From assembly GCA_966248825.1 (NCBI GenBank), contig CBINBC010000015.1, forward strand, positions 1-64,000: DNA of 64,000 nucleotides. The letters are read 5' to 3'. Positions 49,980 to 61,400 of the stretch are shown here, piece by piece. The notes below the pieces were generated by a model. That model was not told the origin of the DNA and did not search any database. It was given only the letters and a program-made list of their open reading frames with translations. The stretch comes from an uncultured Fluviicola sp. Its GTDB lineage: Bacteria > Bacteroidota > Bacteroidia > Flavobacteriales_D > Crocinitomicaceae. The position numbers and the translations under genes are program-made. Position 1 is the stretch's first letter. The number at the start of each line of letters is the position of its first letter.

Positions 49980-51002
49980 TTAGAATAATCCACCTTGCTG
50001 CCACCCCATATCGAAGCCCAGGTGTTTGAATGCTTTTTCAGTCGCTTTTCTTCCGCGCGGGGTCCGCATCAAAAATCCTTCCTGGATCAAAAACGGCTCG
50101 TAAACTTCTTCCAGTGTTCCGGCATTTTCTCCGATTGCAGTTGCAATGGTTGTCAATCCAACCGGTCCGCCCTTAAACTTATCGATCAGTGTTTTTAAAA
50201 TGCGGTTATCCATTTCATCCAAACCGTATTTGTCAACGTTCAATGCATCCAGTGCATGTTGGGTAATAGCCAAAGTAATTGTTCCGTCTCCCTTTACCTG
50301 TGCAAAGTCACGAACCCTGCGCAAAATTGCATTGGCAATTCGTGGTGTTCCACGGCTTCTCCTGGAGATTTCAAAAGCTGCTTGCTCCTGGATTGGAATG
50401 TCCAGCAATTCAGCCGAGCGTTCCACAATGGAAGCCAGCGTTTCAACGTTGTAATACTCCAAACGGGAATTAATACCAAAACGGGCTCTAAGAGGCGCTG
50501 TAAGCAATCCGGAACGCGTTGTAGCACCAATGAGGGTAAATGGGTTCAAACTGATCTGTACCGTCCTTGCATTCGCTCCTGAATCAATCAAAATATCGAT
50601 GCAGTAATCTTCCATTGCTGAGTACAGGTATTCTTCTACTACCGGACTCAACCGGTGAATCTCATCAATGAAAAGCACATCACCTTTACTGAGATTGGTT
50701 AAAAGTCCCGCAAGATCGCCTGGCTTATCCAAAACAGGCCCGCTGGTGACTTTAAATCCAACATTCAACTCATTCGCAATGATATTTGCCAAAGTGGTCT
50801 TTCCAAGTCCCGGAGGTCCATGCAGCAAAACATGATCCAATGGCTCGTTGCGCTTAACAGCAGCCTGAACAAAGATCTCCAAATTCTCCACGACCTGAGG
50901 CTGGCCGGCGAAATCGTTCAATAATTTCGGGCGTAATACTTTGTCGTATTCCTTCTCAGGATTCGAGGACTCTGATCTGTAATCGAATGATTCTTCTTCC
51001 AT
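49980..51002 (-). CDS. ruvB: Holliday junction branch-migration ATPase RuvB
   Basis: [15 protein letters not shown], Walker [19 protein letters not shown], Walker B DEIHRL. The start at MEEESF (51002) gives an N-terminal spacing collinear with E. coli RuvB. Confidence 0.93.
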   Translation of the reverse strand: MEEESFDYRSESSNPEKEYDKVLRPKLLNDFAGQPQVVENLEIFVQAAVKRNEPLDHVLLHGPPGLGKTTLANIIANELNVGFKVTSGPVLDKPGDLAGLLTNLSKGDVLFIDEIHRLSPVVEEYLYSAMEDYCIDILIDSGANARTVQISLNPFTLIGATTRSGLLTAPLRARFGINSRLEYYNVETLASIVERSAELLDIPIQEQAAFEISRRSRGTPRIANAILRRVRDFAQVKGDGTITLAITQHALDALNVDKYGLDEMDNRILKTLIDKFKGGPVGLTTIATAIGENAGTLEEVYEPFLIQEGFLMRTPRGRKATEKAFKHLGFDMGWQQGGLF

Positions 51003-51062
51003 GTACTGATGACAAAAATACAAAATCGGAATCATCTTCTACCACATAGTTCGATCAGATTT

Positions 51063-51216
51063 ATCCTCCCCCATAATCCCCCTCCAAAGGGGGAGTTGTC
51101 TAAATCCTCTTAGGCAAAGAAAATTACATATCGATTTTAAATTTTTGAAGAGCAAATTAGTTTTTAAGAATGAATTTTAGGTTTCCCCCTTTGGAGGGGG
51201 ACGCAAGGGGGAGGAA
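51063..51216. repeat. MITE-like element or paired GC hairpins. It has ~33-bp imperfect terminal inverted repeats, each itself a CCCCC-N6-GGGGG hairpin, flanking an 87-bp AT-rich core.
   Basis: 51063-51095 atcctcccccataatccccctccaaagggggag. 51183-51216 ttccccctttggagggggacgcaagggggaggaagg (reverse complement). No ORF. It lies between the coxI stop and the ruvB start. Confidence 0.45.
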
Positions 51217-51281
51217 GGAAACAATCAATAAAAAAGGCGACTCTTTCGAACCGCCTTCAAATATATTAAGAACAATAACTT

Positions 51282-53090
51282 CTAGTGATCTCCTTCTTCG
51301 CCTTCAGCCAAAGGAACAATCTGAGGAATGAAATCCTCTTCTGCTCCTGGCTTCGAGTAATCGTAAGGCCAACGGTGAACTTCAGGAATTGCTCCAGGCC
51401 AGTTTCCATGTACATGAACAACCGGTGTAGTCCACTCAAGTGTATTTGATTTCCAAGGGTTCTGAACCGCTCTCGGACCTCTGTAAATACTGTAAAAGAA
51501 GTTGAACAAGAAAATCAACTGACCAAATGCTGCGATGATCGCAAACACCGTGATAATCACATTCAAGTCCATAATCATATCTTGTGTCGGCTTGTCGAAA
51601 TCGCCATATACTGAGTAATCATAATAACGACGTGGTGCTCCCGCCAATCCAACGAAGTGCATTGGGAAGAATACCCCGTAAGCTCCAAAGATAGTTACCC
51701 AGAAGTGAGCGTATCCTAAACGAGTGTTCAACATACGTCCGTACATTTTAGGGAACCAGTGGTAAACACCTGCGAACATTCCGAATACAGCCGACATACC
51801 CATTACAATGTGGAAGTGAGCGACAACGAAGTATGTATCGTGAACTGCAATATCCAAAGCAGAATCAGCAAGGATAATACCTGTAACACCACCTGTGATG
51901 AATGTAGAAACCAATCCTACCGAGAACAACATAGCAGGAGTGTAGATGTTGGATCCTCTCCAGATTGTTGTAATGTAGTTAAATACTTTTACTGCTGAAG
52001 GAATTGCAATCAACAAAGTTGTAAATACGAATACCGATCCGATGAACGGGTTCATACCTGTAATAAACATGTGGTGACCCCATACAATGAACGATAAGAA
52101 ACCGATCGCGAGGATCGAACCGATCATCGCACGGTAACCGAAGATAGGCTTACGTGAATTTGTAGAGATAATCTCCGAAGTCAGACCCAATGCAGGTAAT
52201 AATACGATATATACTTCCGGGTGACCAAGGAACCAGAATAAATGCTGGTACAACAACGGAGAACCACCGTGGTTTTCCAACATTTCAGAACCAACAATGA
52301 TATCAGAAAGGTAGAAAGAGGTTCCTGCCAAACGGTCCATCATCAACAACAATGCAGCAGATAATAAAACCGGGAAGGATAATACACCCAAGATTGCAGT
52401 AATGAAGAATGCCCAGATTGTCAACGGCAAACGAGTCATTTTCATTCCTTTTGTACGCAAGTTAAAGATCGTAACGATGTAGTTCAATGAACCCAATAAG
52501 GAAGATGCAATGAAGATCGTCATGGAAACCAACCACAAAGTCATACCCAAACCGGAACCTTCGATTGCTTGCGGTAAAGCGGACAAAGGAGGATAGATCG
52601 TCCAACCAGAAGATGCAGGTCCTGTTTCAATAAACAACGAGAACAACATGATCAATGAAGAGATCAGGAACATCCAGTATGACAACATGTTCAAGAAACC
52701 GGAAGCCATATCACGCGCACCGATTTGCAACGGAATAAGTAAATTCGAGAAAGTACCGGACAAACCACCTGTCAACAGGAAGAATACCATGATCGTACCA
52801 TGGATTGTAACCAAACCTAAGTACATGCTTTCCTTCATTACTCCTCCCGGAGCCCAGGTTTCACCCAAGAAAAATGATAAGAAATCGGATTCCTCTCCCG
52901 GCCAAGCCAGTTGGATACGGAACAAGATTGATAGCAACATTGCTACTACCCCCATAAATACAGCAGTCATCAGGAACTGCTTTCCAATCATTTTATGGTC
53001 TTGACTAAAAATATATTTAGAAATAAAACCTTCTTCATGGTGGTGATGTCCATGAGCGTCGTGATGTGCGTGTGCTTCGTGAGCTGCCAT
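51282..53090 (-). CDS. coxA: Cytochrome c oxidase subunit I (caa3-type, haem-copper oxidase)
   Basis: 12+ TM helices. Conserved His ligands (…WFFGHPEVY…, …HHMF…). His-rich N-terminus. 602 aa. Confidence 0.92.
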   Translation of the reverse strand: MAAHEAHAHHDAHGHHHHEEGFISKYIFSQDHKMIGKQFLMTAVFMGVVAMLLSILFRIQLAWPGEESDFLSFFLGETWAPGGVMKESMYLGLVTIHGTIMVFFLLTGGLSGTFSNLLIPLQIGARDMASGFLNMLSYWMFLISSLIMLFSLFIETGPASSGWTIYPPLSALPQAIEGSGLGMTLWLVSMTIFIASSLLGSLNYIVTIFNLRTKGMKMTRLPLTIWAFFITAILGVLSFPVLLSAALLLMMDRLAGTSFYLSDIIVGSEMLENHGGSPLLYQHLFWFLGHPEVYIVLLPALGLTSEIISTNSRKPIFGYRAMIGSILAIGFLSFIVWGHHMFITGMNPFIGSVFVFTTLLIAIPSAVKVFNYITTIWRGSNIYTPAMLFSVGLVSTFITGGVTGIILADSALDIAVHDTYFVVAHFHIVMGMSAVFGMFAGVYHWFPKMYGRMLNTRLGYAHFWVTIFGAYGVFFPMHFVGLAGAPRRYYDYSVYGDFDKPTQDMIMDLNVIITVFAIIAAFGQLIFLFNFFYSIYRGPRAVQNPWKSNTLEWTTPVVHVHGNWPGAIPEVHRWPYDYSKPGAEEDFIPQIVPLAEGEEGDH

Positions 53091-53137
53091 GATTTTATTT
53101 TTTTACTTTATTGTTTACTTAATTAATTATTGCGTGA

Positions 53138-54418
53138 TTACATTACTGCAGGAACAGAATCTTTTGCTGCTACAGCAGTTGAATCAGCCGGAGCCGCTGC
53201 CTTTGGTTTACCAACTGCATAAATGTTTCTGAAGGTCTTGCAAGCATCAGCTGCCTTAGGATCAAGCTTAGAAACTTTTTTATACCACTTATTGTAAGCC
53301 GGTTTATCCAATACAACAACCATCAACTTCATTTTGTAGTGAGAAGAACCACAGATCTTATTACACATCAACACGTAGTTAAACTGCGGGTTATGCATTT
53401 TTTCACGCATTTCCGACGTTGTAATAGACGGTGTAAACTTGAAACGTGTAGTTTGTCCCGGAACCGTGTTCATTTGAGCACGGAAGTGAGGGAAGTATGC
53501 AGAGTGAATAACGTCTTTCGAACGGAAATTGAACTCGTACTCCTGTCCTTTACATAAGAATAATGTATCATTTGCGTTGAATACGATATCATCCATTGCA
53601 CGTGCATCCAATGCGCTGTTATGACGCGCTTTCAATTGGTACAGCAAACGGATCATACGCTCTTTTCTTGCCAAATCCTTTACCATTAAGTCATGGTCCT
53701 CAGGAACAAAAATCAATTTAGGATCGTTCAATTTAGCTTCCAATGCACGGATACCAGTTGAACTATTCTCCATACTATCGATTGCATCCTGGATTGTCTT
53801 TGTTGTCAACAAAGCCATTGGGTTATTTTCGTTTGTCAACTTGTAATCGAAATACCCCAGTGTATTATCATCACCGGACATACGAACTGTCCAGTCGAAC
53901 TGCTTGGAGAACAACTCGATTCTGATTGCTTCTTTGGAAGCATTATCAGTCTGTTCATTCCATGATCTCAAACCTAAGATGATGATTACTGCAAGAACAA
54001 TTGCCGGAACTACTGTCCAAACCAACTCCAAACGGTTGTCATGCGGGAACCAGTATGCCTTCACTCCAGGTTTACGTACATATTTAAATGCGAATCCGAA
54101 CAATAAAGCATTCGTTAAGAAGAACACCGCAATAATGATCCACAGGTTCAAATCCATCAACCAGTCAGTTCCTTTTCCATGAACGGAAGCAGCTTCTCCA
54201 CGACCAGTAAATCCATATTCAGCGAATAAGTACAATACGGACGCGAAAAACGCGAACATAAACACCAATAATAAGGTTGCGTTTAAACGGTTATCGCGAT
54301 TCGGGATATCTTCCTCACGACGGTTTCTTAATTTAGAAGAAAGCTCATACATGCGCACCAACTGTGCGATGGCAATAACTCCTAGAATGATAACTATTAA
54401 TACGATTAGCTTTGTCAT
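53138..54418 (-). CDS. coxB: Cytochrome c oxidase subunit II (long Bacteroidota form)
   Basis: CuA site H…CNKICGSSHYKM. N-terminal TM helices. Confidence 0.85.
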   Translation of the reverse strand: MTKLIVLIVIILGVIAIAQLVRMYELSSKLRNRREEDIPNRDNRLNATLLLVFMFAFFASVLYLFAEYGFTGRGEAASVHGKGTDWLMDLNLWIIIAVFFLTNALLFGFAFKYVRKPGVKAYWFPHDNRLELVWTVVPAIVLAVIIILGLRSWNEQTDNASKEAIRIELFSKQFDWTVRMSGDDNTLGYFDYKLTNENNPMALLTTKTIQDAIDSMENSSTGIRALEAKLNDPKLIFVPEDHDLMVKDLARKERMIRLLYQLKARHNSALDARAMDDIVFNANDTLFLCKGQEYEFNFRSKDVIHSAYFPHFRAQMNTVPGQTTRFKFTPSITTSEMREKMHNPQFNYVLMCNKICGSSHYKMKLMVVVLDKPAYNKWYKKVSKLDPKAADACKTFRNIYAVGKPKAAAPADSTAVAAKDSVPAVM

Positions 54419-54451
54419 GTTTTTTATTTTATCGTAACAACAAGTGCCTTA

Positions 54452-55654
54452 TTAAATTTCGTGGTGAATACTTTCGTCCAGGAACGGGTGATTTACCGGC
54501 ATCAATGGAGCTTTTGTCAGGTTCGTTAAGATCACTCTGATAAAGAATCCTAAGAACAATAACGCCATTCCAATTTCCATTGCTCCGATGTAAGCATGTT
54601 TACCCATTGAACCTCCCATTACCATTAAGTAAGCATCCACCCAGTGACCTGCGAAAATGATTACCCCTACTGCAGTCAATACACCAGCATGTCTTTTTGC
54701 ATCACGTGACATTAACAATAACATTGGGAATGCGAAGTTGATGAAGAACATACCGAAGTATAACATTTTGAAGTCTTCAATACGCGTCAAATGGTAAGTT
54801 ACCTCTTCAGGAATGTTAGCATACCAAATCAACATGAATTGTGAGAACCACAGGTAAGACCACAAGAAAGAAGTAGCGAATGTCCATTTTCCTAAATCGT
54901 GGATGTGGTTTTCATTTACCTTAGAAAGGTATCCTTGTTTTTTCAGGTACAATGTCAGGGTTACTAAAACAACCATTGTAGAACACCACATTCCTGCGAA
55001 TACGTACCATCCGAACAATGTCGAGAACCAGTGCGCATCAATTGACATAATCCAGTCCCAGGCAGAAGTTGAGGAGAATACCGCAAAGAATACCAGGAAC
55101 AATGCTCCTTTTTTATAGTTCGTGAAGTGAATAGCTGATCCACCTACGCGATCCTCTTCCAATGAACGCATTTTGAAACCTCTCCAGAAGATGAAGTAAA
55201 CTCCCATGTAAGCTAACGTTCTGATCCAGAAGAAAACCTGGTTCAAATAAGCTGACTTCTTTACTAAGATCGGGTCGTGCTGTACGTGCTCATTGTCCAT
55301 CCAAACGTAGATTCCTCCACCTTTCGTTAATGAAAGAGTCAAAAGAGTAATCAACATCAATGCGATACCGTAAGGCAAGTAACCTGCAACCCCTTCAATA
55401 ATGCGCTTTACAGATGCATACCAACCGGTTTCAGTTGCGTATTGTAATGCTAAGAAGTACAATGCTCCCAAACCGATCGCGAAGAAGAAGAAGCTATCTA
55501 CCAACAAGTTCCCTAAGAAACGTGTTTGAAAATGCGCTCCGTGGTGATGAGACTCTGTAAACTCCACCCAAACACCTAAACAGATGCCGATAACTCCTAA
55601 CAACATCAGGACTACCGTAAGGGATTTTGCTTTTGATGAAACTTTGAATTCCAT
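54452..55654 (-). CDS. actF: Alternative complex III subunit ActF (membrane quinol-interacting subunit 2)
   Basis: 400-aa polytopic membrane protein in the conserved ACIII position between actE and coxB. Confidence 0.75.
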   Translation of the reverse strand: MEFKVSSKAKSLTVVLMLLGVIGICLGVWVEFTESHHHGAHFQTRFLGNLLVDSFFFFAIGLGALYFLALQYATETGWYASVKRIIEGVAGYLPYGIALMLITLLTLSLTKGGGIYVWMDNEHVQHDPILVKKSAYLNQVFFWIRTLAYMGVYFIFWRGFKMRSLEEDRVGGSAIHFTNYKKGALFLVFFAVFSSTSAWDWIMSIDAHWFSTLFGWYVFAGMWCSTMVVLVTLTLYLKKQGYLSKVNENHIHDLGKWTFATSFLWSYLWFSQFMLIWYANIPEEVTYHLTRIEDFKMLYFGMFFINFAFPMLLLMSRDAKRHAGVLTAVGVIIFAGHWVDAYLMVMGGSMGKHAYIGAMEIGMALLFLGFFIRVILTNLTKAPLMPVNHPFLDESIHHEI

Positions 55655-55682
55655 TTTTATTCGTTTTCTATCTTAGTAAATA

Positions 55683-56429
55683 TTACATTCCAGTTGTGTC
55701 CGCTTTAGCTGCAGTTGTTCCCCAAGCAGGAGCATTATTTGCATCAAACGTTCCGTACTTTTGGTCCTGGAACTTTCTAACATAATGTACCAAAGTCCAG
55801 ATCTCTTTCTTGTTTAACAAAGATGCGTGTGATCCCATCATTCCTTTACCGTAGTAAATAGAATAGAACATTTGTCCATCAGCGATCGATAAGCCACTTA
55901 ATACAGCCGCACCGGTATAAGCTCCGGATTTCACCATCGGTCCTTCTCCGTCACCTTTTTCACCATGACAGTGATTACAGTTTACCTGGTACAAAGCCTT
56001 TCCTTCAGCAAAAATCTTATCGGCAACTTCCTGAGAAGTCAACTTCAATGGATTCACATCAGCAGCAGCCATTTTGTATTCGTAATCCGCATCTTCATTC
56101 GAAGACAAATCATATTGGTACAAACCGTGAGTTTCTGCAAACAATCTACCTGGCATACGGTGGTATGGAAGTAAGGTATGAACAGTTGCCGAATCAGTAC
56201 CCCAATAAGGAATTGCATAACGTGGCGGAACCATTGCGGAACGGCGCATTTTGAATTCGTCATTGATTTGTCCGCGAACTTCACCATAGTCAACATATGG
56301 TTCAACCGCAGGAGAACGATACATATCAGGCATGTATTCTAAACCTGCACTATCAGGATCCGAAGTACACGCTGCCGCTAGCAACGCTACTACTGAAAAC
56401 TGTGCAAATGCCTTGAATTTTACTTTCAT
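55683..56429 (-). CDS. actE: Alternative complex III monohaem cytochrome c subunit ActE
   Basis: Lipoprotein-like signal (…LLAAAC) and a single CNHCHG haem motif. Confidence 0.8.
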   Translation of the reverse strand: MKVKFKAFAQFSVVALLAAACTSDPDSAGLEYMPDMYRSPAVEPYVDYGEVRGQINDEFKMRRSAMVPPRYAIPYWGTDSATVHTLLPYHRMPGRLFAETHGLYQYDLSSNEDADYEYKMAAADVNPLKLTSQEVADKIFAEGKALYQVNCNHCHGEKGDGEGPMVKSGAYTGAAVLSGLSIADGQMFYSIYYGKGMMGSHASLLNKKEIWTLVHYVRKFQDQKYGTFDANNAPAWGTTAAKADTTGM

Positions 56430-56474
56430 CTGTATTGGTCTTTAAACGCTGTAAGACTTAAGATCTACAGTTAA

Positions 56475-57011
56475 TTAATGAATATCTTTTTGATCTATTT
56501 CTATCACTCCTGTCTCATTCAACATCGTCATCAATTCTCCTTCTGAGAACTGACCGTTGTCTGACAAACGCAATTCCATAACGAATTTATCATCTGTCGT
56601 GCGAGGATCAGGGTTTGTTGCCGGCATTCCGGGCAATGTCTTATTCAATAATAAATAAGTGATCGCCATTCCGTGAGCTGCACACAATACCGTGAACTCA
56701 AATGTAATCGGAATGAAAGCCAAAACGTTATCCAAATAGGTCATACTTGGTTTACCACCGATGTTCATCGGCCAGTCATGAATCATGAAATAATTCATTC
56801 CCAAAGTTGCCAGTGTAGTACCTGTCAAACCGTATAGGAATGCCATAATACCCAAACGTGTCTGCTTTACACCGATAATCGGATCAATACCGTGAATCGG
56901 GAACGGAGAAAACACGTCAGCTACTTTAACTCCTTTAGCGACTAACTTCTTTGCGCCATCTTTTAGCACATCGTCGTCGTCATACATTGCATAAATTACT
57001 TTCTCTGCCAT
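56475..57011 (-). CDS. actD: Alternative complex III membrane subunit ActD
   Basis: 178 aa with two TM segments. Conserved position after actC. Confidence 0.75.
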   Translation of the reverse strand: MAEKVIYAMYDDDDVLKDGAKKLVAKGVKVADVFSPFPIHGIDPIIGVKQTRLGIMAFLYGLTGTTLATLGMNYFMIHDWPMNIGGKPSMTYLDNVLAFIPITFEFTVLCAAHGMAITYLLLNKTLPGMPATNPDPRTTDDKFVMELRLSDNGQFSEGELMTMLNETGVIEIDQKDIH

Positions 57012-57020
57012 GTTTCTCTA

Positions 57021-58466
57021 TTAATGATTATGAGTATCGTGATCATCGTGTCCATGACTACCATGACCGTTTTTTGCAAAATAAGGGTGAACCGGAGCGG
57101 TATCGTTCTTATAGGATTCACCGGATGATTTCAAGATTGTTTTCAATTCGTTCAATGCCAATACCGGGAAGAAACGAGCAAACAATAAGAAGAATACGAA
57201 GAATAAACCGATCGTTCCTACATATACACCTAAGTCGATGTGACTTGGGTAGTGCATAGACCAGGAAGAAGGCAGGTAATCGCGGTGGATAGAGGTAACG
57301 ATAATTACGTAACGCTCGAACCACATACCGATATTTACAACAATTGAAATGATGAATGTAAACAATAAACTTCTGCGTAATGGTTTGAACCACATCAACT
57401 GAGGAGAAACCACATTACATGTCATCATTGACCAGTAAGCCCACCAGTATGGTCCGGTTGCTCTGTTGAAGAATGCGTATGCTTCGTATTCAACACCTGA
57501 GTACCAGGAAATAAATAACTCGGTAATATATGCTGTTCCTACGATGGATCCCGTAACCATGATTACGATATTCATGTACTCTACGTGCTTCGTGTGGATG
57601 TAAGCTTCCAACTTCATAGCCTTACGCATCACCAATAGAAGTGTTTGTACCATCGCGAATCCGGAGAATACCGCTCCCGCAACGAAATACGGAGGAAAGA
57701 TCGTTGTATGCCATCCAGGAATAACCGATGTAGCAAAGTCAAAGGATACAATCGAGTGAACCGAGAATACAAGTGGTGTAGCAACACCCGCAAGTACCAG
57801 GGATACCAATTCGAAACGGTTCCAGTGTTTAGCACGACCAGACCAACCGAAAGAAAGGATAGAGTACATTTTCTTTGGGATCGGCTTTTTCACGCGGTCA
57901 CGGATTGTAGCGAAATCGGGAATCAAACCGATGTACCAGAAAACCAGTGATACGGAAAGATACGTAGAGATCGCGAATACGTCCCACAATAGCGGTGAGT
58001 TGAAGTTAACCCATAATGAACCGAAGTGGTTTGGCAATGGAAGAGTCCAGTAACCTACCCATAAACGACCCATGTGGATTAGCGGGAACAAACCAGCCAT
58101 AAATACCGCAAAGATTGTCATCGCCTCAGCAGAACGGTTAATCGCCATTCTCCATTTTTGACGGAACAATAACAATACGGCTGAGATCAGGGTTCCGGCG
58201 TGACCGATACCTACCCACCAAACGAAGTTGGTAATATCCCAAGCCCAACCAATGGTTTTGTTAAGACCCCAAACTCCGATACCTGTTCCTAACAAGTAAA
58301 AGATACATCCTACTCCGTATAATCCGATAACTAAAGCGATACCGAATAAAATGTACCACATGCGCGGTGCTTTATCCTCAATCGGTTTACATACGTCCTC
58401 GGTAATCTCGTGATACGTTTTGTGACCTAATATGAGGGGTTCACGAATTGCAGCTTCCTTATGCAT
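57021..58466 (-). CDS. actC: Alternative complex III subunit ActC (NrfD/PsrC-like quinol-binding membrane subunit)
   Basis: 481 aa with ~10 TM helices, NrfD-like. Confidence 0.8.
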   Translation of the reverse strand: MHKEAAIREPLILGHKTYHEITEDVCKPIEDKAPRMWYILFGIALVIGLYGVGCIFYLLGTGIGVWGLNKTIGWAWDITNFVWWVGIGHAGTLISAVLLLFRQKWRMAINRSAEAMTIFAVFMAGLFPLIHMGRLWVGYWTLPLPNHFGSLWVNFNSPLLWDVFAISTYLSVSLVFWYIGLIPDFATIRDRVKKPIPKKMYSILSFGWSGRAKHWNRFELVSLVLAGVATPLVFSVHSIVSFDFATSVIPGWHTTIFPPYFVAGAVFSGFAMVQTLLLVMRKAMKLEAYIHTKHVEYMNIVIMVTGSIVGTAYITELFISWYSGVEYEAYAFFNRATGPYWWAYWSMMTCNVVSPQLMWFKPLRRSLLFTFIISIVVNIGMWFERYVIIVTSIHRDYLPSSWSMHYPSHIDLGVYVGTIGLFFVFFLLFARFFPVLALNELKTILKSSGESYKNDTAPVHPYFAKNGHGSHGHDDHDTHNH

Positions 58467-58486
58467 TAGACTTTAATTTTAAGCAA

Positions 58487-61400
58487 TTAATGATTTGACT
58501 TACTTTCATGTTTTCCAGCGTGTGCTCCATGGCTTCCATGGTGCTCTTCAGCGACCAATCTATCCAGTTCAGCATTTTCGTTGTTACGAACTTTCACCTG
58601 GTACCAAACATTCGGCTTCACTCCTACTTCTTCCAAAGCCTGGTATGAACGCTTATCTGCAGATACTTTACGGATCTTAGAGTTTACATCATTCCAGTCA
58701 CCGAATACGATTGCTCCTGCAGGACAAGCCTCAGAACAAGCTGATTCAAGTTCATTGTCCTGAACTGTTCTGTTTTGAGTTTTAGCATCCAATTTCACAG
58801 ACTGGATCTTCTGAACACAGAATGAACATTTCTCCATCACACCACGTGTACGAACTGTAACGTCAGGGTTCAATACCATACGTCCTAAATCGTCCTGAGC
58901 AGGGTTGATCTCTGTAAATTTCTTATAAGATGGGTAGTTAAACCAGTTGAAACGACGAACCTTGTAAGGACAGTTGTTAGCACAGTAACGAGTACCGATA
59001 CAACGGTTATATGTCATTTGGTTTAATCCTTCATTGGAGTGTGTTGTTGCGGCAACCGGACAAACCGTTTCACACGGAGCGTGGTTACACTGCTGACACA
59101 TCATCGGCATGTGAACTACAGCCGGGTTTGCTGTAGGGATTTCAGATTCTACGTAATCCAAATGTCCAAGAACAGGATCTTTACGTGTTCCTACTGCTGC
59201 TTCCTCGCTGGATGCAAAGTAACGGTCGATACGCAACCAGTGCATTTCACGGCCTCTGCGTACCTCGTCTTTTCCAACTACCGGAATATTGTTTTCAGCC
59301 TGACAAGCAATGACACAAACTCCACAACCAAAACACTGGTTTAAGTCGATTGTCATTCCCCAACGGTGACCGATATTTTCTACCGGATGCGCATCCCACA
59401 AATCGAATTCTGAGATCGGAACTTCACCTTCATGTGTATGTAACACGTGCTTGTGGTTGTAAGCTCCAGGCTCTTCGTTTTGGTAAATATCCAACGTTGT
59501 TTCTCTAACGATAGAGTTACGGGACATTACTGTATGGTGGATTTGCGTTGCTGCGATCGGATAAAGGTCGTTTCCTGCTTTTGCGATAGACCCAACCACG
59601 TTGTTTTGGTAAGTCCCATTTTCCCACGTAAGGAAGCGGAATGCATTTTTACCAACTGATACGCGGTTACCTTTTTCATCTGTTTCGAAACCTCCGTATT
59701 GTTTTGTAACGAATGCTGCGTTACCGATGTTTTCGTTTCCTTCTCCACGTCCGTATCCAAGAGCGATACCGATAGTACCCGCAGCTTGTCCCGGCGAAGG
59801 ATAAACAGGAAGCGTGATGGATTCACCGCCAACTTTTACAGTTGCCGTGTTCAATCCGTTCTCCTGGTCGAAAATGGTTGCGTAACCTTCTTTTCTCATG
59901 GTCTCAGGCGACATGGTGATGTAGTTATCCCAAGTCACTTTGGAAATCGGGTCCGGCATTTCCTGTAACCATGGGTTACCTGCCATATCTCCGTTTCCGA
60001 TACCAGCTTTTTGGTACAATACCACTTCAAGAGAACCTGATTTCGGCAATTTACCGGCTACTTTACCCATTGATGCATCATTGAATGCAATCGGAGTAGC
60101 AGCACCAGGCATTACCATATCTTCGTGACAACTATTGTGAATAGCCATCTCCCAATATGTGTTGAAGTCTGAATATTTTGTTTGGTAAGGGAATCCATAG
60201 ATTTCCCAATTCTTTTGAATGTATTCGTATGCTACACGTGAATCTTTTCCTCCACGATTTTTCTTTCCTGCCCAAACCAATAGAGACTCCATAGCTGAAG
60301 CTGTATCGAATAACGGACGGATTGTAGGCTGTGCAATTGCATAATGACCTGCTTTCGGATTGTAATCCATCCATGATTCAAGTGCATGGTGGTCAGGAGC
60401 AATGTATGTACATTTTGTAGCTGTTTCGTCTCCGTATCCGGACAATGAAACGCTGATTTTAACTTTTTCAAGTGCTTCTGCAAACGCTTTACCGTTCGGC
60501 AAGTTGTAAACAGGGTTTGTTCCTAAGAAGAACACTGCATCCGGTCCTTTTCCTGCGATCACATCAGAAACCAATTTCTGCATTTTCGCATCTTCGGATT
60601 GGAATAGTTGTAACTGCTTATCGAAAAGGATTGTTTTTCCGTAAGCTCCCAATACGTTATTCAGTTTGTTAGTCAAGATCTGAATCGCTTTGTTATTGGA
60701 ACCGGAAACAACCACTGACATTCCTTTGGAAGCCTTCAATGCTTTTACAGCCTGATCAGCAACCGCTTGTGCTTCTTTCGGAAGAGCAGAAGAAATTCCT
60801 GCATTCACCCCGAATTTACCCAGGATATAAGCCAATACATTTGCTTGCTCACTAGGTTTGATCATTCCGCGGTAATCTGCGTTTGAACCTGTGATAGACA
60901 TTGTTGATTCGAACTGGAAGTGTTTGCTCATCCATTCTCCATCCGGGTTACGGCGTTTTCCGTAATCAGCAGAGAAAGCATTTCCAAGCAACCAAGTACT
61001 CAAGAAGTCCGCACCAATACTAACAATTGTTTTAGCCTGTGTGAAATCATAATCAGGAATAGCGCGCATTCCGAATGACTCCAGGTTAGCCTCACGCATT
61101 CCGGCGTAAGAAATTGCATCGTATTGGATAAAGTTAAAGTTCGGGTGAACAGTTGCCATTCCGTTTGCATCTTTCACTTCGCCGTAGATGCTTGTAGACA
61201 AGTCTACGATTGCACCTTGCATAGAAGGAGAAATTACTGAATTTGCAACGAAAGCAACTTTACCGTTTGATTTCTTGATCTTAGCCAATTCTGCCTGAAC
61301 AGCATCGTCTAATTTATCCCATGAAATATCTTTCCCGCCTTTAGCCTGAGCTGTTTTCAGACGGGCGTTATCGTAAAGAGAAAGAACGGATGAAACGATC

